Source of the DNA: Thermostichus sp. DRC_bins_24
GTDB lineage: Bacteria > Cyanobacteriota > Cyanobacteriia > Thermostichales > Thermostichaceae
Direction: 5' to 3'
Length of the DNA stretch: 64,000 bases
NCBI GenBank assembly: GCA_039794845.1
Contig: JAUQVK010000115.1
Location: 44,655 to 108,654, forward strand
Below the pieces are notes generated by a model, which made no database searches, was not told the origin of the DNA, and saw nothing but the letters and a program-made list of their open reading frames with translations. The translations under genes and the position numbers were made by a program. Shown piece after piece: positions 63,880 to 64,000 of the stretch; position 1 is the stretch's first letter, and each line of letters begins with the position of its first letter.

Positions 63880-64000
63880 CTACTCTAGGCGCACCACCAC
63901 CCGCACAGGCTGCGACACACTGACAATAGGGGGACTGCCATAGCTGCTGCCCACCTGCAAGAAAAAGGTGAGGGAGACAGGCTCAGCGGGCACCTGCGGG
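63880..64000 (-). CDS. C-terminal fragment of a gene entering from the right edge
   Basis: ...PQVPAEPVSLTFFLQVGSSYGSPPIVSVSQPVRVVVRLE*; GC content rises at this point. Confidence 0.4.
   Translation of the reverse strand, partial: PQVPAEPVSLTFFLQVGSSYGSPPIVSVSQPVRVVVRLE

Overview
Cyanobacterial chromosomal DNA, most likely a thermophilic Synechococcus/Thermostichus. The evidence is ndhF4/ndhD4/cupB, psb29, raf1 and xisHI, plus very frequent GGGATCCC palindromes where canonical HIP1 GCGATCGC is rare. Most of the window is housekeeping and metabolic genes: A-adding tRNA nucleotidyltransferase, dapL, aroC, radA, pheT, proB, infC, bcp, an aspartase-family lyase, an M16 peptidase pair, a PAS kinase-REC-Hpt/GGDEF phosphorelay and PTOX. 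I saw no rRNA, tRNA, CRISPR array or transposase. The unusual signals are mostly small and non-coding. (1) A ~122-bp gene-less element occurs twice in inverted orientation (875-998, 5671-5796) with a degenerate third copy; it has IS200/IS605-like ends, nested GNA-triloop mini-hairpins and adjacent short tandem duplications. (2) A 104-bp TA-flanked MITE cleanly disrupts xisH and has relatives at two other sites. (3) A VapBC-like module sits inside the CO2-uptake operon. (4) There is a decaying GntR-amidohydrolase-racemase nitrogen-scavenging cluster. (5) There are unannotated 24-aa and 31-aa membrane microprotein ORFs. All calls come from reading the sequence; no database searches were run.
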